64,000 nt of DNA from positions 136 through 64,135 of the forward strand of contig JAKAJP010000003.1 of assembly GCA_021824915.1 (NCBI GenBank), given 5' to 3'. Shown piece by piece: positions 38,155 through 48,181 of the stretch. The DNA comes from a bacterium. GTDB lineage: Bacteria; Patescibacteriota; Microgenomatia; UBA8517. Within the stretch, counting starts at the first letter, position 1. Each line of letters starts with the position of its first letter. The notes beneath the pieces are model-generated. The model did no database searches, was not told where the DNA came from, and worked only from the letters and a program-made list of their open reading frames with translations. Made by a program: the position numbers and the translations under genes.

Positions 38155-39317
38155 TATTTGGCCGAAGTAGTTTCGGTCGCTCTAACTTCCCGGATTGCAG
38201 AGACTTTAATTTGCCCCGCATATTCCGCCTCACGTTCCAACTTCCTTGCTATATCATGCGCCAAAACAGTGAGCTTGTCATCATCCACCTCGTTCGGATT
38301 AACTATTACACGAACATCACGGCCAGCCTGAAAAGCAAAAACCGCATCCACTCCCGGAAATCCCTTAGCAATCTCCTCGATCTTGGTCATCCTTTTGACA
38401 TAACCTTCATGAGGCTCATAACGCGCACCCGGACGACTTCCGCTAACCGCATCAGCAATCCAAACAATTACACTCTCATTTGAAGAAAATGGACGATCTT
38501 CATGGTGTTCTGCTACACAATTAACAACCTCTTTTGGAATTCCGTATTTTTTAAGAAGGTTAACTCCAAGTTCTACATGATTACCCTCTTCATTGGTTAC
38601 GATCTTACCTATATCATGAAGAAGACAGCCCAAACGAACGACATCAACATTAGCACCAATCTCTGTAGCTACAGCAACACCTATCTTAGTCTCCTCAATT
38701 GTGTGGATTCCTAAGTTTTGTCCATAAGAAGTCCTAAAACGATAACGCCCAATCATTTTAATTAATTCTATCGGTAAATTAAAAACACCACATTCGTGGG
38801 TAATTTTTTCTCCCTCCTCCAAAAGAACGTCCTCCATACTCGCCTTAACCTGACGAACTACCTCCTCAATTCTTGAGGGTTGGATTCTGGCGTCCTTAAT
38901 TAATATTTCCAAAGCGCGCTTGGCAACCTCGCGACGAATTGCATCAAAAGATGAAATTCTTATTTCATTTGTTTCATCTATTTCTATTTCTACCCCAGCC
39001 TCCTTCTCAAATGCGCGAATATTACGCCCTCCCGCGCCGATTATCCTGCCTTTGACATCTTCGTTTGGAACGGTTATTGAAGAAAGTGTGTACTCTGCAG
39101 TGTAACCCGTGGCTCCATGTTTCATGGCATCCAAAAGTATCTCCTGAGCTTTTTGATTTACCTCTTCTTTAATCTTTTCTTCGGCAGCTCTGATCTTTTT
39201 GGCAATCTCACTGGTTAAGTCTTTTTGAACCTCATCAAGAAGGGCTCGCTTTGCCTCCTCTTGAGTCATTTTTGCAACCTTAGAAAGCTTATCTTTATAT
39301 TCGTCCTGTATATTCAT
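38154..39317 (-). CDS. rny: Ribonuclease Y lacking the N-terminal membrane anchor
   Basis: KH domain KGRIIG.GGRNIR, RTSYGQN, LLHDIGK, ADAVSGSRPGAR, QAGR. Confidence 0.93.
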   Translation of the reverse strand: MNIQDEYKDKLSKVAKMTQEEAKRALLDEVQKDLTSEIAKKIRAAEEKIKEEVNQKAQEILLDAMKHGATGYTAEYTLSSITVPNEDVKGRIIGAGGRNIRAFEKEAGVEIEIDETNEIRISSFDAIRREVAKRALEILIKDARIQPSRIEEVVRQVKASMEDVLLEEGEKITHECGVFNLPIELIKMIGRYRFRTSYGQNLGIHTIEETKIGVAVATEIGANVDVVRLGCLLHDIGKIVTNEEGNHVELGVNLLKKYGIPKEVVNCVAEHHEDRPFSSNESVIVWIADAVSGSRPGARYEPHEGYVKRMTKIEEIAKGFPGVDAVFAFQAGRDVRVIVNPNEVDDDKLTVLAHDIARKLEREAEYAGQIKVSAIREVRATETTSAK

Positions 39318-39346
39318 ATCCTTCCGAAGCCAAATAAGGTCCCGCC

Positions 39347-39400
39347 TTAGATGAGGGACATTCCGAACGAAGAAGCTGTCTTAAGTGTCTTCTTGCTCAT
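39347..39400 (-). CDS. Putative uORF MSKKTLKTASSFGMSLI in the rny leader
   Basis: 17 codons; its stop lies in the loop of a gtccc/gggac hairpin; not in frame with rny. Confidence 0.3.
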   Translation of the reverse strand: MSKKTLKTASSFGMSLI

Positions 39401-39422
39401 ATCTTTGACTTCTTGTTATATT

Positions 39423-40034
39423 TTACCCCGAAGAGGCGACCTTTTCAATCACATCCCAACCGAAGCCCTTTCCTGCTAAATAGGTGGACATTTTTTGACG
39501 CATCTTACTGGCGGGTAGATTTTTCCATTTGTACAGTTTCTTTTCAATTAAACCACGGGCCATTTTCTCCTCATCAACCTTCATCTCACTCAAAACCTTA
39601 TCGATTATTTCCCGACTAATTCCCTTTTGAAGCAGCTCCATTCTTACAACCTTCCGGGGTTTTGGTCTGAATTCCAATCGTTGTCCAAACCACCACCATG
39701 CAAACTTTTCATCATCCAAAAGTTCAAAGTGTTTTAATTTCTCAATTAACTCCGGGTACAAACTCTCATGGACTTTCTTTCGCTTGAAATAATCAGTTAT
39801 CTCCCTTTCGCTCCTCGGTCTGACCATGGCAAATCTTAAAAGCTTATCCAAACTTTTTTGAAACTCAGCTTTTTTAACAATTTTGGCAACATCCTCATCC
39901 GTCAGTTCCTGGTCAACTTTTAAATGAAGTAAAACGAAATTATCTAGATCAATTCCAAAGCCAAACCTATCGTCAAGATAGACATTCACCCGATCCTTAT
40001 TTTTCTGCTGTTTGATTGAAGTGATTACCGGCAC
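39423..40034 (-). CDS. recX: Regulatory protein RecX
   Basis: RPRSEREI, LLDDEKFA, ELLQKGI, YLAGKGF; directly after recA. Confidence 0.92.
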   Translation of the reverse strand: MPVITSIKQQKNKDRVNVYLDDRFGFGIDLDNFVLLHLKVDQELTDEDVAKIVKKAEFQKSLDKLLRFAMVRPRSEREITDYFKRKKVHESLYPELIEKLKHFELLDDEKFAWWWFGQRLEFRPKPRKVVRMELLQKGISREIIDKVLSEMKVDEEKMARGLIEKKLYKWKNLPASKMRQKMSTYLAGKGFGWDVIEKVASSG

Positions 40035-40043
40035 TAATTGATA

Positions 40044-41126
40044 TTACTCTTTTTCCTCTTCACCAATCTCCTTTGGCATCTTCTTGCCGGAAGCCGCCAT
40101 TTCGCGAATCTTCTTTTCAAGACCTTCCGCAAAGCCGGTATGTTCTCGCAGGTAAGCTTTTGCGGCTTCTTTGCCTTGGGCAATAGGTTTTCCTTCATAA
40201 TTAAAGAACGACCCACTTTTACTCACCAGTCCAAGTTCAAGTGCAACATCCAAAATTCCTCCCACTTTGCTTATTCCCTCAGTCTCCATAATGTCTAATT
40301 CTGCAACACGAAGAGGTGGTGCCACCTTATTTTTAACGATGCGAACTCTGTGGCGTGAGCCAATAACCCTTTCACCATCCTTCAAAACTTCTATCCTTCT
40401 GGTGTCTAGGCGAACTGAAGCATAAAACTTAAGGGCAAGGCCGCCGGGGGTCGTTTCCGGATTTCCAAACATAACTCCGATTTTTTGACGAAGTTGGTTA
40501 GTAAAAATCAAAACCGTTTTTGATTTTGAAATCGCGCCGGTTAATTTGCGAAGTGCCTGACTCATCAGTCTCGCCTGCATTCCCATAACCGCATCTCCCA
40601 TTTCCCCCTCAAGTTCAGCCCTCGGAACAAGTGCCGCAACCGAATCAACAACTACAACATCTAGTGCGCCGCTCCTTATTAAGGTCTCCGTTATTTCCAA
40701 AGCTTGTTCCCCTGTGTCGGGTTGAGAAAGGAGAAGATCGTCAAGATTTACACCAATTACTTCAGCACGAACCGGATCAAGCGCGTGTTCCGCGTCCACA
40801 AAAGCGCACTGCCCGCCTTTTTTCTGCGCTTCCGCAATAACAGAAAGCGCAAGCGTGGTCTTTCCCGAAGCCTCCGGTCCGTAAATTTCAATTATTCTAC
40901 CTCTTGGAAGCCCGCCAACACCAAGCGCCAAGTCAAGCGCAATTGACCCAGTTGGAATAACCTCAATTTTTAATTGATCACTTGTTTTTTCACCCAGCCT
41001 CATGATTGAACCGCGACCATATTGTTTTTCAATTTGGTCCATTGCAAGTCTGATTGCTTGAAGTTTTGCAGATTGACCTTCCTGTTTTACTGGAGTCTCA
41101 GTTTCGGGTTTTTTTACTCTCGCCAT
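40044..41126 (-). CDS. recA: Recombinase RecA
   Basis: [36 protein letters not shown]. Confidence 0.98.
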   Translation of the reverse strand: MARVKKPETETPVKQEGQSAKLQAIRLAMDQIEKQYGRGSIMRLGEKTSDQLKIEVIPTGSIALDLALGVGGLPRGRIIEIYGPEASGKTTLALSVIAEAQKKGGQCAFVDAEHALDPVRAEVIGVNLDDLLLSQPDTGEQALEITETLIRSGALDVVVVDSVAALVPRAELEGEMGDAVMGMQARLMSQALRKLTGAISKSKTVLIFTNQLRQKIGVMFGNPETTPGGLALKFYASVRLDTRRIEVLKDGERVIGSRHRVRIVKNKVAPPLRVAELDIMETEGISKVGGILDVALELGLVSKSGSFFNYEGKPIAQGKEAAKAYLREHTGFAEGLEKKIREMAASGKKMPKEIGEEEKE

Positions 41127-41192
41127 TCCGTATCTTTGTACTATGGGTGAAAAGAAAATGCAAGAAGCAAATTGTGATAAAATTGGTCCGCT

Positions 41193-41266
41193 CGGGGATT
41201 AGTTTAACGGTAGAATTGGCGCATGGGGTGCGTCAGACCTGGGTTCAATTCCCAGATCCCCGACCA
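41193..41266 (+). tRNA. tRNA-Pro(GGG), CCA encoded
   Basis: CGGGGAT/ATCCCCG acceptor stem, GGCGC-ATGGGGT-GCGTC anticodon arm, CTGGG-TTCAATT-CCCAG T arm, ACCA. Confidence 0.96.
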
Positions 41267-41275
41267 AATCTTAAA

Positions 41276-42940
41276 TTGAATAAAATTTTAAGAAGCCCTC
41301 TTTTTTGGATATTCCTGCTCGCACTAGCCTTAAGAATTTATAAGCTGGGGACCCTTCCTTATGGCTTCCATGTGGACGAGGTCAAAGTTGGCTGGAACGC
41401 TATTTCGATTTTGGCAACCGGGCGCGACGATCACGGAAATCTTTTGGCTCCTTACTATAATTCATTCGGAGACTTCCGCCCAACCGGAATTTTCTACCTC
41501 ACAATTCCTTCAATTTTAATTTTTGGGGGTAGCGAGTTTGCTGTCAGGTTTTCATCTGCACTTTTTGGGGCATTAACAATCCTACCGATCTACTTGATCG
41601 GGCAGTATCTTTTCCAGTCCAAGAAGTTTAAATATGCTCCGGCAGTTTTACTCGCGATTTCTCCTTGGGCAATTGAAACTTCCAGAGCAACTAGCGAAGT
41701 TGTCATCTCAATCTTTTTTGCCCTCTTCGGCATATATTTCTTCTTGAAGTTAATCCAAAAACAAAACCGAAAGGATGCTATTTTAGCGATAGTATTAATC
41801 CTAACCAGCTATTTTCTCTATCATTCAGTTAGAGTTCTAGCGCCAGCATTCTTTATTACAATCGCCTTTTTCTACTTCAAAAAATACTCGGTAGTCAAAA
41901 AGCAAAAACCAGTTCTAATTACCATTGGTGTGATTACTATCGCAAGCCTCATCATTGGTCTGGGTAAAAGCTCAAGGGAGAGGCTCGGGCAGGTTTCTAT
42001 TTTTAAAGATACGGATTTAACTTATCAAATACAAAGAACGATATCCGAAAACAAAAGAAAGTCACTCTTGTCGCTGATATTTGATAACAGATTGTTTATT
42101 TACAGCGAACGTTTTGTTAATGAATACGGATCATATTTTAACCCCAATTTTCTAATTGGAAACGCCGCCCGCCCATACCGTTATACAACTCCCGGAGTCG
42201 GACTTTTAACATTTGTGGAAGGATTGCTTTTAATTTTAGGTATTACTCAAATCTTAAAAGGAAAAGGGAATTATCTACCGCTAATTTTACTTTTAATAGC
42301 CCCACTCCCCGCAATATTGACAAGCGAGGACTCGCCTAACCTTCACAGAGCATACCTCATGCTGCCATTTTTGATACTCATCGAATCATACGGAATTACA
42401 TTTTTATCCGAAATCAAAAAATACAAAAGAATAATTCCACTGACTTATGCATTTTTGTTTTTGAATTTTATCTTCTTCCTGCATATGTACTTCAGCCATT
42501 CACTAAATCACCAGCCGTTTATCAAGAATTTGCCACTTAACAATGCTTCCTATAGAGATGTCGGGGCAAAAGAATTGGCACTAAAACTACAATCGGTAAG
42601 CAAAAATTACGACAAAGTGATTATTACCGGCTTTCCGGACAACCTTTATCCTTGGTTCGCATTTTTTAACAAAATTGATCCGAAAGTTTTTAATAAAAAC
42701 CTAAGTCAGTACGGCAATATAACATTCAGTAACTTGAGATGCCCGTCTGACAATAGTTTTATTGATTATTATGATAAAAATATTTTGGTTATCGACTTCG
42801 CTGATTGTCCCTACGAAAGTAAAATCAGAGACGGACTTCCGATAAAAGTTGTTGACGGAATTTCCCGACCGGACGGAGTTGCTGTCTATATTTTCTTAGC
42901 AAAAACCGGTCCTATTCCGGATAAATTTTTGAAGAAATAA
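41276..42940 (+). CDS. ArnT/PMT-family (GT-C) membrane glycosyltransferase
   Basis: LRIYKLG..P.G..VDE...WNA, GRDDHG, EFAVRF.SAL.G and many TM helices. Start moved to the TTG after tRNA-Pro. Confidence 0.85.
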   Translation: MNKILRSPLFWIFLLALALRIYKLGTLPYGFHVDEVKVGWNAISILATGRDDHGNLLAPYYNSFGDFRPTGIFYLTIPSILIFGGSEFAVRFSSALFGALTILPIYLIGQYLFQSKKFKYAPAVLLAISPWAIETSRATSEVVISIFFALFGIYFFLKLIQKQNRKDAILAIVLILTSYFLYHSVRVLAPAFFITIAFFYFKKYSVVKKQKPVLITIGVITIASLIIGLGKSSRERLGQVSIFKDTDLTYQIQRTISENKRKSLLSLIFDNRLFIYSERFVNEYGSYFNPNFLIGNAARPYRYTTPGVGLLTFVEGLLLILGITQILKGKGNYLPLILLLIAPLPAILTSEDSPNLHRAYLMLPFLILIESYGITFLSEIKKYKRIIPLTYAFLFLNFIFFLHMYFSHSLNHQPFIKNLPLNNASYRDVGAKELALKLQSVSKNYDKVIITGFPDNLYPWFAFFNKIDPKVFNKNLSQYGNITFSNLRCPSDNSFIDYYDKNILVIDFADCPYESKIRDGLPIKVVDGISRPDGVAVYIFLAKTGPIPDKFLKK

Positions 42941-42942
42941 AA

Positions 42943-43386
42943 TTAATTCCAACCCGATTCGATAAAAGGAATGCCGTCTTTGTAATTTTCGATTACTTCT
43001 TTGACATAGGGCAAAGTGTTTTCCGGAAGATTATTAACCTGAAACCAGCTCATGTCATCACACTTGTGAGGTTCCAAAATTTTTGGCTCACCTTCCCACT
43101 TTTCTGCAATAAAAAAGAAGTCCATATATTCCATATGATCAGAGCTTATTCTATGAAGAACTTTAATTGGCCTTAGATCTTTCTTGTGAACTTTTATTCC
43201 AGCTTCTTCAAAAGCTTCACGAAGCATTGCATCAAAAACGCTTTCGTTTCCATCCAAATGCCCTGCAATCAAACTATACTTGCCGTCCATCCAACCGGTT
43301 TTGAAGCGTCGCGCAAGAAGAACTTTGCTATCTCTTATCAGAATTAAGTAAACTGCCGCACGCAGCGTAAACCTTTCGTTTGACAT
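42943..43386 (-). CDS. NUDIX hydrolase
   Basis: AGHLDGNES...MLREAFEEAGI, EPHKCDD..WF. Confidence 0.92.
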   Translation of the reverse strand: MSNERFTLRAAVYLILIRDSKVLLARRFKTGWMDGKYSLIAGHLDGNESVFDAMLREAFEEAGIKVHKKDLRPIKVLHRISSDHMEYMDFFFIAEKWEGEPKILEPHKCDDMSWFQVNNLPENTLPYVKEVIENYKDGIPFIESGWN

Positions 43387-43411
43387 AATGGAAGTATATC
43401 AAAATTAGCTC

Positions 43412-43816
43412 TTACCGCTTTGGAGATTGTTTGCGCCTACGAGCCTTACCACCCATTCCCACCATTCTTCTTTGGCGCTCTCTTGAATCGCGGGTAAGAA
43501 GACCGACTTTTCTTAAAAGAGGTCTGAATTTTTCCGGAGAAACTTTAACAAGGGCTCTTGCTATTCCCAAGGTAACGGCTTCGATTTGTCCGTTCTTTCC
43601 ACCACCGGAAACTTTTGCACTGAAATAGTACTTATCGCTCGTCTCAGTTACGCCAAAAGGTTTGGCAAGTGCTTTTTCGGCAACCTTACCTTCAAAATAC
43701 TTACCTGCGGGCTTAGAATTTACAGAACTTTCTCCTTTTCCACGATAAAGTCGAACTCTCGCACTCGAGGTCCTTCTTTTGCCAACTCCATAAATAAAAT
43801 CAATCTTTTTTGCCAT
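43412..43816 (-). CDS. rpsI: 30S ribosomal protein S9
   Basis: GKRRTSSARV, GGG..GQ, LTRDSR, ARRRKQSPKR. Confidence 0.96.
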   Translation of the reverse strand: MAKKIDFIYGVGKRRTSSARVRLYRGKGESSVNSKPAGKYFEGKVAEKALAKPFGVTETSDKYYFSAKVSGGGKNGQIEAVTLGIARALVKVSPEKFRPLLRKVGLLTRDSRERQRRMVGMGGKARRRKQSPKR

Positions 43817-43817
43817 A

Positions 43818-44234
43818 TTATTTTGCAAACTCCTTCTCAAACGGGTTTGCGCTCCCTACCACAACTTTGAGTCTTAACATTCTATCTTTCTTCAAACGGT
43901 TGTCAGGAACCATCCCATTTACTGCGTGTTCGACTATTCTTTCCGGGTGTGTTTCCAAAACCTGTCGAAAGCTTCTTTCTTTGAATCCGCTCGGGTAACC
44001 GGAATGCCTTCTATAAACCTTCTTCGAAGATTTTTTGCCGGTAGTTTCAATTTTCTCGGCATTAATAACCACAACAAAGTCCCCACTATCAAGATTTGCG
44101 GAATATGTGGCCTTATGCTTTCCTGTCAGATATTTTGCAACTTCGGTTGCAAGTCTGCCCAAAATTTTTCCATCGGCATCGACAAGATGCCAACTTCGTT
44201 TCATTTCCTTTACTTTTGGTTGAAAAGTTTTCAT
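43818..44234 (-). CDS. rplM: 50S ribosomal protein L13
   Basis: WHLVDA.G..LGRLA, GKHK, DFVVVINA, HSGYPSG. Confidence 0.97.
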   Translation of the reverse strand: MKTFQPKVKEMKRSWHLVDADGKILGRLATEVAKYLTGKHKATYSANLDSGDFVVVINAEKIETTGKKSSKKVYRRHSGYPSGFKERSFRQVLETHPERIVEHAVNGMVPDNRLKKDRMLRLKVVVGSANPFEKEFAK

Positions 44235-44680
44235 TTCTTAACTACTTTCTTTACAGCCTTTGTAGTTGCTCCGGTTTTCTTTTCTATTTTCTTTTTCTCT
44301 TCCTTTTTTGGAGTCATATCAACCTTTTGACTCCATTCAATTCTAACCATCTGGGCCGCGTCGCCTCGCCTTGGCGAAAGATGGATAATTCGTATAAAGC
44401 CAGAGCTTCTGGTGGCAAAAGATGGGGCAACTTTTTGGAAAAGCATATCGCATACTTTTCTGTTGTTATCTAGCTTCGCCAAAACTTTTCTACGCGCACT
44501 AACAGAACCCTTCCTTGCAAGGGTGACCATCTTCTCGACCTCGCCCCTGATAGCCTTCGCCTTAGCATTAGTGGTTGAAATTTTTCCACTCAAAATAAGG
44601 GCCTGTATCAAAGATGAAAAAAGAGCTTCTCTTGCGGGGCGCGATCTTGAAAGTTTACGTCCAAAAATTCGCTTATTCAT
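44231..44680 (-). CDS. rplQ: 50S ribosomal protein L17 with a Lys-rich tail
   Basis: GRKLSR, I.TT.AKAK, RRGDAAQM. Confidence 0.96.
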   Translation of the reverse strand: MNKRIFGRKLSRSRPAREALFSSLIQALILSGKISTTNAKAKAIRGEVEKMVTLARKGSVSARRKVLAKLDNNRKVCDMLFQKVAPSFATRSSGFIRIIHLSPRRGDAAQMVRIEWSQKVDMTPKKEEKKKIEKKTGATTKAVKKVVKK

Positions 44681-45590
44681 TGGCTAAAAATTCAACACCT
44701 TTTGTCCCCAAAGCGGCTGCAATTATCTTAAGAGATTTTTCTCCCAAATTTCTAACCTTGACTAAATCAGCCTTTTTGGCTCGAACCAAGTCTTCAACTG
44801 TTTCATAACCAGCCTTAGTTAAAGCATTGGCAACGCGGGTGGGAAGACCAATTTCCTCAACTGACAACTTCCCTACCGGACCCAAATCATGTACTACCTC
44901 TGCCTCTTTCTTTTCAACTTTCTTAGGGTTAACTACCTGGCCAAAATAAGAGACTAGAATTTTAGCAGATTCCATTAAGGCTCCTTCTGCGCTGATTGTT
45001 CCATCTGTCCACACTTCGAGGGTCAACTTGTCATAATTTGTAACACGACCGACACGGGTTTCCTCAACTTTGTAGGATACACGCTTGACGGGAGAGAATG
45101 TGGCATCTACCGGAATAAGTCCAATCGTGCTTACAGATCTATCTTCTGCGGGAGAATACCCGACACCAGATTCAATCACCAAATCGCAAGAAAGCTTTGA
45201 TCCTTTACCTAAATTTGCTAGTACCAAGTCCGGATTAACAATCTTTACATCTCCGGAGACTTTAATATCGGATGCTTTGACATCCCCAGCCTTTGAAACC
45301 TCAATTGTTGCTTTAATCGGCTTATCGCTCTTAGAAGAAAATCTGACCTTTTTTAAGTTTAGGACAAACTCAACAATATCCTCCTTCATGCCAGCAAGCG
45401 ATGAAAATTGGTGCTTAACCCCAGCAATTTTAACTGAAGTAACCGCATATCCCGGAAGGCTTGTGAGCATAACACGCCTCAGTGAATTCCCGAGAGTTAG
45501 ACCGTAGCCCTGCTCCAACGGAGAAATCACGAATTTTGCGTAATTTTCTTCTTTCTTTTCCTGTTTAATTTCAAAAATAGGATCGTTCAA
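44673..45590 (-). CDS. rpoA: RNA polymerase alpha subunit
   Basis: PLEQGYGLTLGNSLRR, VDATFSPV, NLGEKSL; TTG start 5 nt after SD aaggaggtga. Confidence 0.97.
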   Translation of the reverse strand: MNDPIFEIKQEKKEENYAKFVISPLEQGYGLTLGNSLRRVMLTSLPGYAVTSVKIAGVKHQFSSLAGMKEDIVEFVLNLKKVRFSSKSDKPIKATIEVSKAGDVKASDIKVSGDVKIVNPDLVLANLGKGSKLSCDLVIESGVGYSPAEDRSVSTIGLIPVDATFSPVKRVSYKVEETRVGRVTNYDKLTLEVWTDGTISAEGALMESAKILVSYFGQVVNPKKVEKKEAEVVHDLGPVGKLSVEEIGLPTRVANALTKAGYETVEDLVRAKKADLVKVRNLGEKSLKIIAAALGTKGVEFLANE

Positions 45591-45650
45591 AATAATCACC
45601 TCCTTAGAAAAATCCTCTAGCCGAAGCTAAAGGACTCGAGTATTTTACAT

Positions 45651-46253
45651 CTATCTGCTATAGAACTCAACAATATCTTGCTCGTTAATTGGTTCAACCA
45701 CATCCACCCTTGTGGGGTTTACCTTAACATGTCCTGCCGCAGCCTTCCTCTCAAGCCATGCGGGGACAACTCTATCCTCTACATCAAATGCTTTCTTTAC
45801 CTCCGGGATGCTCATGCTTTTGGCATCCAGTGAAATTACATCCCCAACCCTAACCGAGTAAGATGGAATATTTAGCTTCTTACCATTAACTAAAACGTGC
45901 TCGTGAGTAACAACCTGCCTTGCAGAAGGCCTGGTCGGAGCAAAACCAAGTCGGAAAACTACATTATCGAGGCGTTTCTCAAGAGAAGTCAGAAGTGCCT
46001 CGCCCGTATTTCCCTTCGACTTCAAAGCAACCTCAACATACCTTCTGAACTGGGCCTCACTTATCCCATATAACCTTTTAACTTTCTGCTTCTCCCTAAG
46101 CTGACGGCCATACTGAGACTTCCCAGTAGTTACACCCTTAGGCCCATGAACTCCGGGCGGAACATTCATACGAGTCAACTTTGCACCCTTACTAAAAAGG
46201 TCAAACCCTTCCCTTCTTGATAATCTGTCTTTTGGTCCTGTATATCTACTCAT
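45651..46253 (-). CDS. rpsD: 30S ribosomal protein S4
   Basis: MSRYTGP, QLREKQK, LEKRLDNVVFRLG, VEFYSR. Confidence 0.97.
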   Translation of the reverse strand: MSRYTGPKDRLSRREGFDLFSKGAKLTRMNVPPGVHGPKGVTTGKSQYGRQLREKQKVKRLYGISEAQFRRYVEVALKSKGNTGEALLTSLEKRLDNVVFRLGFAPTRPSARQVVTHEHVLVNGKKLNIPSYSVRVGDVISLDAKSMSIPEVKKAFDVEDRVVPAWLERKAAAGHVKVNPTRVDVVEPINEQDIVEFYSR

Positions 46254-46257
46254 TTTG

Positions 46258-46638
46258 TTATACTCTCCTCTTTTTCTTCGGCCTGGGCCCGTTGTGAGGA
46301 ACCGGCGTAACATCCGCAATTAAGGAAATTTTTACTCCTGTTGCCCGAATTGCTCTCAGAGCTGCATCCCTACCGGGTCCCGGCCCTTTTATATAAATTT
46401 CAACATCTTCTACCCCAAAATTGTCTTTTGCCTGTTTTACCGTCTTTTCAACGGCCGTCGTAGCAGCGTATGGAGTTGATTTTCTAGTACCCTTAAATCC
46501 GGAGTTCCCGGATGAACCCCAAGCCAAAACTCCACCCTCGGTGTCGGTAACTGTAACCAACGTATTGTTAAAAGAAGCAGAAACATAAACCTTTGCTTGT
46601 TTTACTTCACGCTTTGTCTTTTTAGTATTTGTCGCCAT
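46258..46638 (-). CDS. rpsK: 30S ribosomal protein S11
   Basis: SFNNT, GFKG.RKSTPYAA, DVTPVPHNG. Confidence 0.97.
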   Translation of the reverse strand: MATNTKKTKREVKQAKVYVSASFNNTLVTVTDTEGGVLAWGSSGNSGFKGTRKSTPYAATTAVEKTVKQAKDNFGVEDVEIYIKGPGPGRDAALRAIRATGVKISLIADVTPVPHNGPRPKKKRRV

Positions 46639-47048
46639 TATTTCTTCTCCTCGGTTTTGCCTTCAGACATCTTTGAGAGAATCTCTTTCTTAAATGCTCC
46701 GACAGTTTTTCTCTTTCCACGCTTTGTGCGGGCATTGGTTCTGGTTCTTTGCCCTCGCACAGGAAGTCCCCTCGAATGTCTTATACCTCTATAACTTCCT
46801 ATCGTTTGGAGCCTTTGAACGTTACCTCTCACCTGTCTTGCAAGTTCGCCTTCAATGGGCATCTCATCCAGCTTAGCCGAGATCTTAGCAACTTCGTCAC
46901 TGGTCAAATCTTTAACTCTTTTCTTTGAATCAAGACCTAAAGAGTTTAATAATTTAGTCGAAAGTGGCCAACCCAAACCCTTAATGCGGGTTAAAGCAAA
47001 GTCAACTTTCCAATTGTCGTTTAGTTCTATTCCTGCAATTCTTGCCAT
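46638..47048 (-). CDS. rpsM: 30S ribosomal protein S13
   Basis: MARIAG, YRGIRH..GLPVRGQRT.TNARTKRG. Confidence 0.97.
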   Translation of the reverse strand: MARIAGIELNDNWKVDFALTRIKGLGWPLSTKLLNSLGLDSKKRVKDLTSDEVAKISAKLDEMPIEGELARQVRGNVQRLQTIGSYRGIRHSRGLPVRGQRTRTNARTKRGKRKTVGAFKKEILSKMSEGKTEEKK

Positions 47049-47050
47049 AT

Positions 47051-47164
47051 TTAGCCTTGTCGCTGTTTGTGACGGGGGTTTTTGCAAATAACATATAAAA
47101 CACCCCTACGCTTAACAATTTTGCAATCCTTACATCTTGGTTTTATTGAGCTGATAACTTTCAT
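47051..47164 (-). CDS. rpmJ: 50S ribosomal protein L36 (absent from the ORF track)
   Basis: [37 protein letters not shown]. Confidence 0.96.
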   Translation of the reverse strand: MKVISSIKPRCKDCKIVKRRGVLYVICKNPRHKQRQG

Positions 47165-47172
47165 TTTTCTCC

Positions 47173-47388
47173 TTAGAACTTGAAAACAATCCTTCCTCTA
47201 TTTTCGTCATACGGTGTCATCTCAACCTTTACCCTATCTCCGGGGAAAATCCTGACATAACTTCTCCTCATCTTCCCTCTCAAAGTCGCCAAAATCAGCC
47301 TCCCATCGGTAAGCTCAATCCTAAACATTGTGTTTGGAAGAGCTTCCCTGACTTTCCCTTCAACTTCAGTAACGGTTTGCTGCTTCAT
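47173..47388 (-). CDS. infA: Translation initiation factor IF-1
   Basis: [27 protein letters not shown]. Confidence 0.96.
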   Translation of the reverse strand: MKQQTVTEVEGKVREALPNTMFRIELTDGRLILATLRGKMRRSYVRIFPGDRVKVEMTPYDENRGRIVFKF

Positions 47389-47413
47389 CGTGAATACGAA
47401 AAACACCTCGAGC

Positions 47414-48181
47414 TCAAGTCAGAACTTGATGACCGCGAGGTGTAACTGCTACGGTCTCTTCGAAAAGCGCTGATATTTTACCATCACGCATGGCGATTGT
47501 CCACCCGTCCGGCAAAAGTCCGACTTCAGAGCCACCTTTCGCGTACATCACCTCTATAGCCAAAGCCATTCCAGGCACGATTTGTTCACCCCTCCCTGAA
47601 GCTCTAGGAACAAAGCATGGTATCTGAGGCTCTTCATGCAATTCCCTACCAACTCCGTGGCCTACAAGAGCTCTGATGGGACTGTAGCCTGCGCCTTCGA
47701 TAATATCCTGAATCGCCTCCGAAATATCAAAAATATGCCTACCCGGTTTAACCTCGGCAATTGCCGCGTTAAGTGCCCTTCTGCCTATCTCCAAAAATTT
47801 CGAACTATCTGGCGTTAAGTTTATACCAACGGTGGTAGAGGTGTCCGTGTGAAAGCCTTTGTAGTAGATTCCCACGTCAACACTTACCACATCACCATCT
47901 TTAAAAACCGTCTCCTTCTTGGGAATTCCGTGAACAAGCTGCTCGTTAACACTTATACAAGTAAGCCAGCGGTATCCCGGAACCTTATCAAATGAACCTT
48001 CGGCGCCTTCCTCGGCGATTAGTTTTTTTGCCAAATTCTCAATATCGAGTGAGGAAACACCAGCCTTGACCGCTTTTGCTAAAGCATTCTTGACACGTCT
48101 CAGCTTTACCCCACCCTCTGCCATGATTTTTATCTCCTCCGGAGTTTTTAATTTTGGATGTAACCCGTTATTCATTCCCAT
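47414..48181 (-). CDS. map: Methionine aminopeptidase type I
   Basis: CISVNE..VHGIP, GFHTD, GHGVG..LHEEP. Confidence 0.95.
   Translation of the reverse strand: MGMNNGLHPKLKTPEEIKIMAEGGVKLRRVKNALAKAVKAGVSSLDIENLAKKLIAEEGAEGSFDKVPGYRWLTCISVNEQLVHGIPKKETVFKDGDVVSVDVGIYYKGFHTDTSTTVGINLTPDSSKFLEIGRRALNAAIAEVKPGRHIFDISEAIQDIIEGAGYSPIRALVGHGVGRELHEEPQIPCFVPRASGRGEQIVPGMALAIEVMYAKGGSEVGLLPDGWTIAMRDGKISALFEETVAVTPRGHQVLT

Noticed and set aside
39318-39400. Stop-codon readthrough fusing the uORF to RNase Y to supply a membrane anchor
   Set aside because: The uORF stop is 29 nt from the rny ATG, so it is out of frame.
39318-39422. Possible 6S RNA upstream of rny
   Set aside because: Only about 105 nt, with no long rod and central bubble.
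41054-41275. N-terminal extension of the 628-aa glycosyltransferase ORF
   Set aside because: It runs through the recA start and tRNA-Pro; the real start is probably the TTG at 41276.
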